In this document: positions 38,326 through 47,327 of the stretch, piece after piece | How positions within the stretch are numbered: the first letter of the stretch is position 1 | Layout: every line of letters begins with the position of its first letter | Assembly: GCA_017858365.1 (NCBI GenBank) | Contig: JAFMBQ010000001.1 | Location: forward strand, 4,052-68,051 | Source: Algoriphagus sp. | Lineage (GTDB): Bacteria > Bacteroidota > Bacteroidia > Cytophagales > Cyclobacteriaceae | Length of the DNA stretch: 64,000 bases | Reading direction: 5' to 3' | Program-made: the position numbers and the translations under genes | Notes under the pieces: generated by a model | What the model saw: the letters and a program-made list of their open reading frames with translations, nothing else | Database searches by the model: none | What the model was told of the DNA's origin: nothing

Positions 38326-38772
38326 ATGAATCCTTCTCAAAGCCTTTCGCTCCATCTTTACACCAGTTCAAGAATTCTAATTCAATTGATCCAAGGTAGG
38401 TTGAATGAGTTTGGATTGACTTATCCACAGTATTTGGTTTTGGAAGTGTTGTGGAAAGAAGATGGTTTACGTATTAATGAAATCGGTAAAAGACTTGAAT
38501 TGGATTCTGGAACCCTGACTCCTCTCCTAAAAAAACTCGAAGCCATGAACTTCGTGAAAAGGCAACGAGGTGAAGCCGACGAACGAACTGTCACAGCAGA
38601 ATTAACCTATCCGGGCAAATCCCTTCAAAGTAAACTAAGGGCTAGCTTGGCCAGCTTTGATGAATTGCTTCAGGGATTTCCTGATCTAGCCATAGATTCC
38701 CTAAACCAAAACCTCGCTGAGTTGTTAGAAAGTCTGAAATCATTGAAAAATTCAGAAAATGGAAAAACTTAA
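38326..38772 (+). CDS. ohrR: MarR-family regulator, OhrR-like
   Basis: ATG at 38326; GLTYPQYLVL, LDSGTLTPLLKKLE, DER; directly upstream of ohr. Confidence 0.75.
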   Translation: MNPSQSLSLHLYTSSRILIQLIQGRLNEFGLTYPQYLVLEVLWKEDGLRINEIGKRLELDSGTLTPLLKKLEAMNFVKRQRGEADERTVTAELTYPGKSLQSKLRASLASFDELLQGFPDLAIDSLNQNLAELLESLKSLKNSENGKT

Positions 38773-39181
38773 TATTGATTACACAGCAGTAGCAATTAAC
38801 ACTGGCGGAAGAAAAGGTCATGTAAAAACTGATGATGGATTGCTAGATTTTGATGTCACTATGCCAAAGGAGATTGGTGGAGAAGGTGGAAAAACCAATC
38901 CCGAGCAACTTTTTGCAGCTGGATATGCTGCCTGTTTTGGTGGTGCTTTGGGAGCTGTGGCTGGTAAGGTCAGTTTGCGAGATTCTGAGATAAAAGCAAA
39001 AGTTCATCTTGGAAATTACGGTCCAGGATCATTTGGCTTAGCTGTGGATATCGAAGTAAAGATCCCTCATGCTTCATCCTTGGAAGAAGCCCAAAAATTA
39101 GTCGATGCAGCTCATCAAGCTTGTCCTTACTCAAAAGCCACTCGAGGAAATATTGAGGTGAATGTGAAGGCAGTAGTCTAA
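38759..39181 (+). CDS. ohr: Organic hydroperoxide resistance protein
   Basis: GGRKG, TNPEQLFAAGYAACF, AHQACPYSKATRGN. Confidence 0.95.
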   Translation: MEKLNIDYTAVAINTGGRKGHVKTDDGLLDFDVTMPKEIGGEGGKTNPEQLFAAGYAACFGGALGAVAGKVSLRDSEIKAKVHLGNYGPGSFGLAVDIEVKIPHASSLEEAQKLVDAAHQACPYSKATRGNIEVNVKAVV

Positions 39182-39196
39182 AACCAGTAGTATTGG

Positions 39197-39234
39197 AATA
39201 AGAAAGGCTAGGGTTTTCCTAGCCTTTCTTATTT
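39197..39234. terminator. Bidirectional terminator (16-bp perfect stem)
   Basis: AATAAGAAAGGCTAGG-GTTTT-CCTAGCCTTTCTTATT. Confidence 0.85.
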
Positions 39235-39330
39235 AGTCTGGTTCAAATCTTTAGACTTGGATTTCTTCCGATCTTCCTATCACATTTTAATCGCTGATTG
39301 AGAGTTGGAAATTCAAGCCTATTGGATATA

Positions 39331-40305
39331 TCAAATAACTACGACCCCTTTACCCAACATTTTTCTATCTAATAATGCCTGCAAGGCATCCGGAGCTTCT
39401 GATAAAGAATACTGCTTACTAATATGCTGGTGAATTTTCCCTTCCTTAATCCACTGAACTAGCTGCCCAATATTTTGAAAGCTTTGTTTAGATTCAAGTT
39501 TGGAAAACTGTCCCCAAAATACGCCCATAATGGCGCAGCCTTTCAACAAAGGAAGATTCATTGGGATTTTTGGTATTTCACCATTAGCAAAGCCCACAAT
39601 CAGGTAACGCCCTTTCCAGGCAATTCCTCGCAATGCAGCTTCTGTATAATCTCCACCTACTGGATCGTAAATTACATCCACCCCTTTTCCTCCGGTCAAC
39701 TCTTTGATCCGAGTTTTCAGATCTTCAGTGGAATAATTGATCGTTTCGGAAGCGCCCTTTTCGCGACACAGCGCAAGCTTCTCATCAGAAGAGGCAGCAG
39801 CAATGACTTTTGCTCCCATCACATTTCCTAATTCCACAGCCGCTAGTCCGACTCCGCCGGCAGCGCCTAGAACTAGCAATGTTTCTCCAGGCTGGAGATG
39901 CGCCCGATCTTTCAGTCCATAAAATGAAGTGCCATAAGTATATAATGTAGTCGCGGCAATCTCTGGAGTTAATCCCGGAGGCATTGCAAAAACTCGATCT
40001 ACATCCACTGCTACTTTTTCTGCAAAGCCACCCCAGCCACAAAGCGCCAATACCGATTGCCCGACTTGGAATTGCGTTACTCCTTCTCCAACTTCAATAA
40101 CTTTCCCAGCCACCTCTCCTCCTGGTGAAAAAGGTAACTCCGGTTTAAATTGATACTTATTTTGAATGATCAAAGCATCTGGAAAATTAACCCCACAAGC
40201 TGCTACTGCTATCAAGATTTGATTCTTTACCGGTTTGGGATCTGGGAGTTCCCCTAAAGTCAGACTTTCCGGGAGGCCAAATTGATTACAGATGATTGCT
40301 TTCAT
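39331..40305 (-). CDS. NADPH:quinone oxidoreductase (zeta-crystallin/MDR family)
   Basis: Start MKAIIC at 40305; GVNFPD, FSPGGE, VLGAAGGVGLAA, DVIYDPVGG. Confidence 0.9.
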   Translation of the reverse strand: MKAIICNQFGLPESLTLGELPDPKPVKNQILIAVAACGVNFPDALIIQNKYQFKPELPFSPGGEVAGKVIEVGEGVTQFQVGQSVLALCGWGGFAEKVAVDVDRVFAMPPGLTPEIAATTLYTYGTSFYGLKDRAHLQPGETLLVLGAAGGVGLAAVELGNVMGAKVIAAASSDEKLALCREKGASETINYSTEDLKTRIKELTGGKGVDVIYDPVGGDYTEAALRGIAWKGRYLIVGFANGEIPKIPMNLPLLKGCAIMGVFWGQFSKLESKQSFQNIGQLVQWIKEGKIHQHISKQYSLSEAPDALQALLDRKMLGKGVVVI

Positions 40306-40310
40306 AGTTA

Positions 40311-40344
40311 AAATTTTGCCACAGAGGCACGAAGACACATAAGA
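40311..40344 (+). repeat. Left arm of inverted repeat, built of degenerate octamers
   Basis: AAATTTT GCCACAGA GGCACGAA GACACATA AGA. Confidence 0.8.
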
Positions 40345-40388
40345 TTTTTTAAATTAACATTTTTAAATCAATGAGTATATAAACTTTT

Positions 40389-40793
40389 GTGAATTACGGG
40401 AAGCCAACAGATTTTGAGGAAAAGATTGGAAGAGCGGTTGTGCATGCCGCATATACAATTCACAAGACTTTAGAACCGGGACTTTTAGAGCGGATATATC
40501 AGGTTTGCATGGAGCATGAGCTCAAAAAAATAGGTTTTGATGTGAAGCGGAAAGTAAATATTCCGATTTGCTACGATGGAATTTTGTTTGACGAAGGACT
40601 CCGGCTGGATTTATTAATTAATGATCGAGTCATTGTAGAACTTAAGGCAGTAGATCAGGTCAATCCAATTTGGAAGGCTCAAATTATAAGCCCTCTCAAA
40701 CTATCTCAATTGAGGTTGGGTAACCTGATCAATTTCAATGTGCCCTTGATCAACAAAGGCATCAAACGTGTTTTAAACACAAAACAATTATAA
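40389..40793 (+). CDS. GxxExxY protein (PD-(D/E)xK nuclease superfamily), possibly degenerating
   Basis: GLLERIY, RLDLLI, IVELKAV, LINFN; GTG start, with an in-frame ATG at 40371 interrupted by TAA at 40380. Confidence 0.85.
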   Translation: MNYGKPTDFEEKIGRAVVHAAYTIHKTLEPGLLERIYQVCMEHELKKIGFDVKRKVNIPICYDGILFDEGLRLDLLINDRVIVELKAVDQVNPIWKAQIISPLKLSQLRLGNLINFNVPLINKGIKRVLNTKQL

Positions 40794-40797
40794 TGTT

Positions 40798-40831
40798 TCT
40801 TAATGTCTTTGTGCCTTTGTGGCAGAAATTT
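40798..40831 (-). repeat. Right arm of inverted repeat
   Basis: Minus strand AAATTTCT GCCACAAA GGCACAAA GACATTAA GA; the 21-nt core matches the left arm at 19/21. Confidence 0.8.
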
Positions 40832-40887
40832 GAGTAAATCTAGTAAGTGAAAATCAAATAAAACTAGGCATTTCCTGCCGAAAAGGA

Positions 40888-40895
40888 TAATTTTG
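40888..40895 (+). promoter_or_regulatory. -7 box upstream of the M20 dipeptidase
   Basis: TAATTTTG. Confidence 0.55.
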
Positions 40896-40924
40896 AGGCC
40901 TTTACTAAAACACAAAATTCTTTT

Positions 40925-42310
40925 ATGGCTGTTAACGATTTTATCCATTCCAATAAAGACCGATTCCTCAACGAATTACTCGATTTACTCCGCATTCCTT
41001 CCGTAAGTGCTGATCCTAAATTCAAAAACGAGGTCTTTGCTGCGGCAGAATTTGTCAAAAATTCCCTTGAGAAAGCAGGCGCTGATAGGGTAGAAATCTG
41101 TCAAACAGCAGGCTATCCAATTGTGTACGGGGAAAAAATCATTGACCCAGCCTTACCGACAGTTTTGGTATATGGTCATTACGATGTGCAGCCAGCTGAT
41201 CCCTATGAACTTTGGGATTCTCCTCCATTTGAGCCAGTAATCAAAAACACTAAAATCCATCCTGAAGGAGCCATTTTCGCAAGAGGATCAGCTGATGATA
41301 AGGGTCAGTTTTACATGCACGTGAAAGCTTTTGAAGCCATGATGGCAGAAAATGACTTGCCTTGTAATGTAAAATTCATGATCGAGGGAGAAGAAGAAGT
41401 CGGTTCAGACAATTTAGACAAGTTCGTCATTGAAAATAAAGAGCGACTAAAAGCCGATGTGATTCTGATCTCAGATACACACATGATCTCTATGAAGAAC
41501 CCATCTATTACTGTTGGGCTTCGTGGCATGGCCTATATGGAAGTAGAAGTTACTGGGGCCAATCGGGATCTTCACTCTGGCACGTACGGTGGAGCAGTGG
41601 CTAATCCAATCAATATCCTTTGCGACATGATCGCTTCGATGAAAGATGAAAACAATCACATCACCATCCCGGGCTTTTATGATAAAGTACAAGAGCTCAC
41701 TGAAGCTCAGCGAGCCAGATTAAACGAGGCTCCTTTTAGCCTAAATGAATACAAAGAGAAACTAGACATTGCCGATGTAGAAGGGGAAAAAGGCTATACC
41801 ACTATTGAGCGAATCGGAATCCGTCCAACGTTAGATGTCAATGGAATCTGGGGAGGCTATATTGGTGAAGGAGCTAAAACAGTTTTGCCATCCAAAGCTT
41901 CTGCTAAAATCTCCATGCGTCTGGTACCAGATCAAGACTGGAGAGAAATAGCTGCCATTTTCGAAAATCATTTCAAATCCATCGCGCCGGATTCTGTCAA
42001 AGTAAAGGTGAAAGCGCATCATGGCGGTGCTCCAGCGGTAGTTTCAGATTCCTCACTAGGATATCAGGCTGCAGAGGCTGCAATGGAGGAAACATTCGGT
42101 AAGCGTCCTATCCCAACACGCGAAGGAGGCTCCATACCGATTGTTGCTTTGTTCCAAAAGGAACTAGGATCGGATCCAATATTGTTTGGCTTTGGACTGG
42201 ATACAGATGCACTTCACTCACCGAATGAACATTATGGGGTGAAGAACTATTTTATCGGTATTGAGACGATTGCGGCTTTCTTCAAGCATTTTAGAAAACT
42301 TAGCAAATAG
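40925..42310 (+). CDS. M20-family dipeptidase
   Basis: YGHYDVQP, ARGSADDKGQ, EGEEEVGS, DLHSG, GGSIP, HSPNEH. Confidence 0.92.
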   Translation: MAVNDFIHSNKDRFLNELLDLLRIPSVSADPKFKNEVFAAAEFVKNSLEKAGADRVEICQTAGYPIVYGEKIIDPALPTVLVYGHYDVQPADPYELWDSPPFEPVIKNTKIHPEGAIFARGSADDKGQFYMHVKAFEAMMAENDLPCNVKFMIEGEEEVGSDNLDKFVIENKERLKADVILISDTHMISMKNPSITVGLRGMAYMEVEVTGANRDLHSGTYGGAVANPINILCDMIASMKDENNHITIPGFYDKVQELTEAQRARLNEAPFSLNEYKEKLDIADVEGEKGYTTIERIGIRPTLDVNGIWGGYIGEGAKTVLPSKASAKISMRLVPDQDWREIAAIFENHFKSIAPDSVKVKVKAHHGGAPAVVSDSSLGYQAAEAAMEETFGKRPIPTREGGSIPIVALFQKELGSDPILFGFGLDTDALHSPNEHYGVKNYFIGIETIAAFFKHFRKLSK

Positions 42311-42389
42311 TAGTCATTTGTGATTGGGGAAACTAAGGTTTCCTCAATCAATTCCTTTCAAAATTGATTTCATTTAGAAAAGACTTGCG

Positions 42390-44492
42390 TTGACCAAAAA
42401 TAGATTTACACATTTGCCGAGTATTAAGACTGGCTTGCTTTTGCTCCCTTTGCTACTTCTGTTTTCCTTCTTGGCTCAAGCTCAATTAGTAAAGCCTCCG
42501 AAGTGGACCCTCACCTTGCAGCCTAAAGAACTCCAAATGGGGAGCCCTGCTAATTTGGTGATGGAAGCAGAAATTCCGATGGGCTGGTATGTATATTCCA
42601 ATGATTTTGCGAAAGATCTTGGGCCGATTCTAACCACATTTGAACTTGAAAAATCAAGTGCTGCTTCCACCAATGGAAATCTAAAAGCCATCAATCCAAA
42701 GAAGAAATTTGATGAGATTTGGGAAGGAGATGTCACTTTTTTTTTAGGAAAAGGAAGATTCGAACAGCCTTTGATGATCAAATCTGGCTCAGGGCTAATT
42801 AAAGGGATCCTAAGCTATCAAATGTGCTCCGACCTCACTGGACAATGTGTAAACTATGAGGAAGATGTAGAAATCAATTTCAAAGCGAGCCCAGGTCAAC
42901 AAACCCAAGAAACATCCATTCCAGTAGTAGAGAATCCAGAAACCATTGCTTCTGACCCCATCGCTGATACGACTAGTTCAGAATCCCCATTCACTCTTTC
43001 AGATGAGGAGAAAGCCGAATTAGCACCTGAACCGATCGCTACTGAGTATAGTACTGAAGTAGCCCAAGAGTCTCTTTGGGGATTTATGATTTTAGCTTTT
43101 CTTGCAGGCTTGGCAGCACTACTTACTCCTTGTGTATTTCCAATGATCCCGATGACTGTCAGCTTTTTTACCGGTCGGGCAACTAGCAAGGCTGCGGGGA
43201 TTCGAAATGCCTTCATTTATGGCTTCTCTATTATTGCCATTTATACCATTGCTGGGACAGCGGTTGCCGCAATCCAAGGGCCTGAATTTGCAAATTGGCT
43301 AGCCACTCATTGGGCGCCCAATCTATTTTTCTTTGGAATCTTTATTTTCTTCGCGCTAGCCTTCCTAGGGATGTTCGAAATCACTCTGCCTTCCAGCCTA
43401 GTCAATAAAGTGGATGAAAAAGCAGAAAAAGGTGGTTTGATCGGAGTCTTCTTTATGGCCTTTACCTTGGTCTTGGTTTCTTTCTCTTGTACTGGCCCAA
43501 TTGTAGGTTCGATTCTGATCAGCTCCGCGGGTGGTGAATTGGTCAAGCCGGTGCTGGGAATGTTTGCTTTCTCATTGGCCTTCGCGATTCCGTTTACGCT
43601 CTTCGCCATTTTTCCTGAGTGGATGAATCGACTCCCAAAATCTGGTGGCTGGTTGAATTCAGTGAAAGTTGTCTTGGGATTTCTGGAATTAGCCCTTGCA
43701 TTCAAATTCCTTTCCATCGCAGATCAGGTATATCATTGGGGCATTTTGGATCGAGATATTTTCCTGGTAATCTGGATTGTGATTTTCGCAGCATTGGGGC
43801 TTTACCTTTTAGGAAAAATAAGGTTGCCACATGATTCTCCTATGGATCACATCGGGGTTCCAAGATTACTATTGGCCCTGCTTACATTCATGTTTGTGGT
43901 TTATATGATTCCTGGACTTTGGGGCGCTCCGCTCAAATACCTTAGCGGATATTTGCCTCCACTCACAACACAGCAATTCAAGATCGGGGAAGGATATTCG
44001 AATGCTGAACCGGAAAGAGTAACGGTGAAATATGGAGACTTGCTCGAAATACCTTTCGGCATCCAAGGTTACTTTGACTATGAAGAGGCATTGACTGCTG
44101 CAAAAGCTCAAGGCAAGCCACTCCTGATCGACTTCACCGGTCATGGCTGTGTGAACTGTCGGAAAATGGAAGAAAATGTCTGGTCAGACCCGCAAGTTTT
44201 AGCTCGCATGAAAAATGATTTTGTGATGGTGGCACTGTACATCGATGAACGACTTGAGCTTCCGGAAGGCGACTGGTATACGTCTTCTTATGACGGGAAA
44301 GTAAAAAAGACGCTAGGTAAGCAAAACGCAGATTTCCAGATCACCCGATTCAATAATAATGCGCAGCCTTACTATGTGATTCTGGATCATGAAGAAAAAC
44401 TGCTAGCTGCACCAAGAGGGTACGAAACCAATATTCAGGAATTTCTTGAGTTTTTGGATGGAGCTAAAAATGAATTTGAAATTCGGAATTAA
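42390..44492 (+). CDS. dsbD: DsbD-family protein-disulfide reductase
   Basis: DsbD-N domain (QMCSDLTGQC); TM domain with TPCVFP and FSCTGP; thioredoxin GCVNC. Confidence 0.9.
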   Translation: MTKNRFTHLPSIKTGLLLLPLLLLFSFLAQAQLVKPPKWTLTLQPKELQMGSPANLVMEAEIPMGWYVYSNDFAKDLGPILTTFELEKSSAASTNGNLKAINPKKKFDEIWEGDVTFFLGKGRFEQPLMIKSGSGLIKGILSYQMCSDLTGQCVNYEEDVEINFKASPGQQTQETSIPVVENPETIASDPIADTTSSESPFTLSDEEKAELAPEPIATEYSTEVAQESLWGFMILAFLAGLAALLTPCVFPMIPMTVSFFTGRATSKAAGIRNAFIYGFSIIAIYTIAGTAVAAIQGPEFANWLATHWAPNLFFFGIFIFFALAFLGMFEITLPSSLVNKVDEKAEKGGLIGVFFMAFTLVLVSFSCTGPIVGSILISSAGGELVKPVLGMFAFSLAFAIPFTLFAIFPEWMNRLPKSGGWLNSVKVVLGFLELALAFKFLSIADQVYHWGILDRDIFLVIWIVIFAALGLYLLGKIRLPHDSPMDHIGVPRLLLALLTFMFVVYMIPGLWGAPLKYLSGYLPPLTTQQFKIGEGYSNAEPERVTVKYGDLLEIPFGIQGYFDYEEALTAAKAQGKPLLIDFTGHGCVNCRKMEENVWSDPQVLARMKNDFVMVALYIDERLELPEGDWYTSSYDGKVKKTLGKQNADFQITRFNNNAQPYYVILDHEEKLLAAPRGYETNIQEFLEFLDGAKNEFEIRN

Positions 44493-44536
44493 AAAATTTA
44501 AAATGGAGATTTCTTTCATTCTGAATTATCAATTTT

Positions 44537-44740
44537 TTATTCCTTTAACCCTTCAATTATCCGATTTTTTACCGCTTTCTGCACTGCTTCCAGTATGGAG
44601 TGCACTTGGAGTTTGCCGTAGATGATATTCTCGATATGCCTGTGGACAGTCTTGGGAGAAATAAAAAACATCGCTGATCTGATTGTAATTAAGCTCTTTG
44701 GAAGTTTACCCCAAGATCTCAAATTCTGTCGAGGTAATTT
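44537..44740 (-). pseudogene. Decayed LuxR/NarL-type HTH fragment
   Basis: ITSTEFEILG*TSKELNYNQISDV, then a frameshift at the A6 run (44663-44668), then FISPKTVHRHIENIIYGKLQVHSILEAVQKAVKNRII. Confidence 0.75.
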
Positions 44741-44779
44741 TCAACTTGAAAATGTATTTGATTTTAAATGATTTTCAGA

Positions 44780-45547
44780 TTATCCGTAAATCTCTTCCAA
44801 TATCTGAGCTAATCGTACACTGGCAGCTACCAATCTTTCCTCCAATGCATCATTGGATTCATACATGTATACCCAGCTGATTTTTTTATTCTCTGGCAGC
44901 TTGTAAACAAGCGGACGAAGCGCCACTGCTTCTTTTAACCAATCTTCCATGCTTGCATTGCGATAAGTCTGTCTTAGCTCAGGCGTTAATCTGATATAAA
45001 GTTCATCAGCAAGTTCGGTATAGCTCATTCCTTTCCGATCAATCATTCCACTATCCCAAATCGAATGAAGATTAGTCTGTTGATTGAAAAACTCGACTCT
45101 TACATCATTCCCTCCACGATCTTCACCAGTACCTACATGTAAAGGTTGATGAATATCCTCCACCATGTGAATGAGCATTTTTAACTTTTCAGCCTCCTGT
45201 TTTGGCGAAAGATTGCCTGCTTTCAACTCTACTTTCAATCGGTTGATCGCTTCAAAAGCATCCCCTCCTTTTTCCTGATGCGCAGAATCATACTCGCCAT
45301 TTTTAGAAGTCAAATAATGCCAAGAGTTGGCATAATCGTACGAATTATCAGAGCGGATCTCATCCATCCAGGTCCCACTACGGCCTATCGACATCGGGAA
45401 AAGAACTTTTTCCACCTTTTTACGGACTGACTTTTTCATTTGTTGCTCGGCCATGTAGCCTATAAGATAATGACCTAGCTGTCCCCAAGCGGATGCCTGC
45501 TGCACAGAAAAAGCAAGCAGGAATACAAAAAGCAATGATTTTTTCAT
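44780..45547 (-). CDS. S1/P1 nuclease, secreted
   Basis: Mature N-terminus WGQLGH; WMDEIR, WHY, HMVEDIHQPLH, LHSIWD. Confidence 0.92.
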   Translation of the reverse strand: MKKSLLFVFLLAFSVQQASAWGQLGHYLIGYMAEQQMKKSVRKKVEKVLFPMSIGRSGTWMDEIRSDNSYDYANSWHYLTSKNGEYDSAHQEKGGDAFEAINRLKVELKAGNLSPKQEAEKLKMLIHMVEDIHQPLHVGTGEDRGGNDVRVEFFNQQTNLHSIWDSGMIDRKGMSYTELADELYIRLTPELRQTYRNASMEDWLKEAVALRPLVYKLPENKKISWVYMYESNDALEERLVAASVRLAQILEEIYG

Positions 45548-45610
45548 AAGTGTAATTAAATTTCTGCTGCGAAAATAAGGGATTAATAGGGGATTGGGAA
45601 TAGGAAATGA

Positions 45611-46801
45611 TTAAGCTTTTTCTAATTCGGAAACAGCTAGCCAAGCCATTAGTCCCGCGCCGATCTCCAACGCATCCTCATCAATATCAAAAGTAGGTGT
45701 ATGCACTCCAGAGATGATTCCCTTCGCTTCGTTTCTGGTACCAAGTCTATAAAAACATCCATCTATTACTTGCGAATAGTAAGCAAAATCTTCCGCTGCC
45801 ATCCAGATGTCTAGGTCAAGTACGTTCTCCTCTCCCAAATAGGCTTTAGCTGCCTCAGTCGCCCGAGCCGTCATTTCAGGGTCATTTTGAAGAAACGGAT
45901 AACCCTTACGAATTTCAAAATCCAGCTCTCCACCCATTCCTTCCACTATTCCATGTGCGATTTGGAGCATCTTTTGATGAGCTTTAGCACGCCAGTCTTC
46001 ATTCAAGGTTCGGAAAGTCCCTTGAATTTTCACCTCATTGGGAATTACGTTTGTAGCTCCCAAAGCTTCCACTCTTCCAAAGGAAAGTACAGAAGGAATC
46101 TTTGGACTTGCCGCTCTACTAACTACTTGTTGAAGAGCGACTATCATGTGTGAAGCAATTAAGATCGGATCAATCAAGCTTTCAGGCATCGCTGCGTGTC
46201 CTCCTTTTCCTTTGACTGTGATGTATAATTCATCCGCAGAAGCCATATATAGTCCTTGGCGAAATCCTACTTTACCTACGGGGATAAATGGCATCACGTG
46301 CTGGCCAATAATACCTTGAGGTCGGGGGTTTTCCAAAACACCATCTTTAATCATCAAAGAAGCTCCACCAGGAGCAACTTCTTCTCCGGGTTGAAAAATT
46401 AATTTGATTGTGCCCTCAAATTGATCCTTTAATTCATTCAAAATTTTTGCTGCCCCTAGTAAGGACGCAGTATGTGCATCATGCCCACAGGCATGCATGA
46501 CTCCAGGATTTTGGGATTTATAAGGAACATCATTTGCCTCAATAATCGGCAAGGCATCCATATCAGCTCTTAAAGCAATAACTTTTTTACTAGGATTTTT
46601 TCCTTCGATCAATGCTAACCAGCCGGTAGTGGCTTTTTGCTCAATTTGAGTGATACCTAGGTTTTCTAATCGTTCTTTGACAAATGCCGCAGTTTTAAAC
46701 TCTTGGTATGAAAGCTCGGGGTTTTTATGAAGGTGTCTTCGTGTAGCGATTACCTCTTCCTTATAAGCTTTTGCAAGCAATTTAATTTTCTCCTTCAACA
46801 T
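45611..46801 (-). CDS. M20D amidohydrolase
   Basis: RRHLHKNPELS, RADMDALP, MHACGHDAH, FQPGEE, EDFAYY, HTPTFD. Confidence 0.92.
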   Translation of the reverse strand: MLKEKIKLLAKAYKEEVIATRRHLHKNPELSYQEFKTAAFVKERLENLGITQIEQKATTGWLALIEGKNPSKKVIALRADMDALPIIEANDVPYKSQNPGVMHACGHDAHTASLLGAAKILNELKDQFEGTIKLIFQPGEEVAPGGASLMIKDGVLENPRPQGIIGQHVMPFIPVGKVGFRQGLYMASADELYITVKGKGGHAAMPESLIDPILIASHMIVALQQVVSRAASPKIPSVLSFGRVEALGATNVIPNEVKIQGTFRTLNEDWRAKAHQKMLQIAHGIVEGMGGELDFEIRKGYPFLQNDPEMTARATEAAKAYLGEENVLDLDIWMAAEDFAYYSQVIDGCFYRLGTRNEAKGIISGVHTPTFDIDEDALEIGAGLMAWLAVSELEKA

Positions 46802-47321
46802 TATCTTTCTCGGGTGTAGTGACAAAACCTTGCCGCTGAAAACGGTCCTGAATGATCCGGGCCGTTGGAAATTGGGGTTTGATTAAGGCAAAATTTTTCT
46901 GTGATTCTATTTTGAAATTATACTTTCCTACTTTGACTAAGTAACGGGGCTGTTGGTACTGCATTTCCACATTCATATCAGGGAAATACATGCGGAGATC
47001 TTCTTGAGTTTTGAAAGCTTTTTCCCGGTCTATCCCAGAATACACCAAAATAGTATATCCTGAGTAGTAGGCTTCGGAATTATTCTTTTCTATCATTTTC
47101 GCACTAACCTGCTGCAATTCGACATCAATCGATTGGTCGGATTTAGGAGCGGTTGCACCAGTAGATGACCTGGTCTCAGTCATAAAATCTGGGTATTGAG
47201 GCAAGGAGCTTATTCGAACATCTTCCTGATAGTTCGAATAGGAATTCTTGGAATCTGTGGTCTTATTGGTTTTACAACCAGCTAAAATCAACAGTACAGC
47301 AACTACCCAAAGGGTTCTCAT
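46782..47321 (-). CDS. SPOR-domain lipoprotein
   Basis: Lipobox LAGC; GYTILVYSG...YLVKVGKY SPOR-like C-terminus. Confidence 0.75.
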   Translation of the reverse strand: MRTLWVVAVLLILAGCKTNKTTDSKNSYSNYQEDVRISSLPQYPDFMTETRSSTGATAPKSDQSIDVELQQVSAKMIEKNNSEAYYSGYTILVYSGIDREKAFKTQEDLRMYFPDMNVEMQYQQPRYLVKVGKYNFKIESQKNFALIKPQFPTARIIQDRFQRQGFVTTPEKDNVEGEN

Positions 47322-47327
47322 GATTAT

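Larger units (their letters stand above)
40311..40831. mobile_element. Candidate inverted-repeat-flanked GxxExxY cassette
   Basis: Single nuclease-family ORF between two inverted arms; no clear target-site duplication; mobility is inferred only. Confidence 0.4.
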
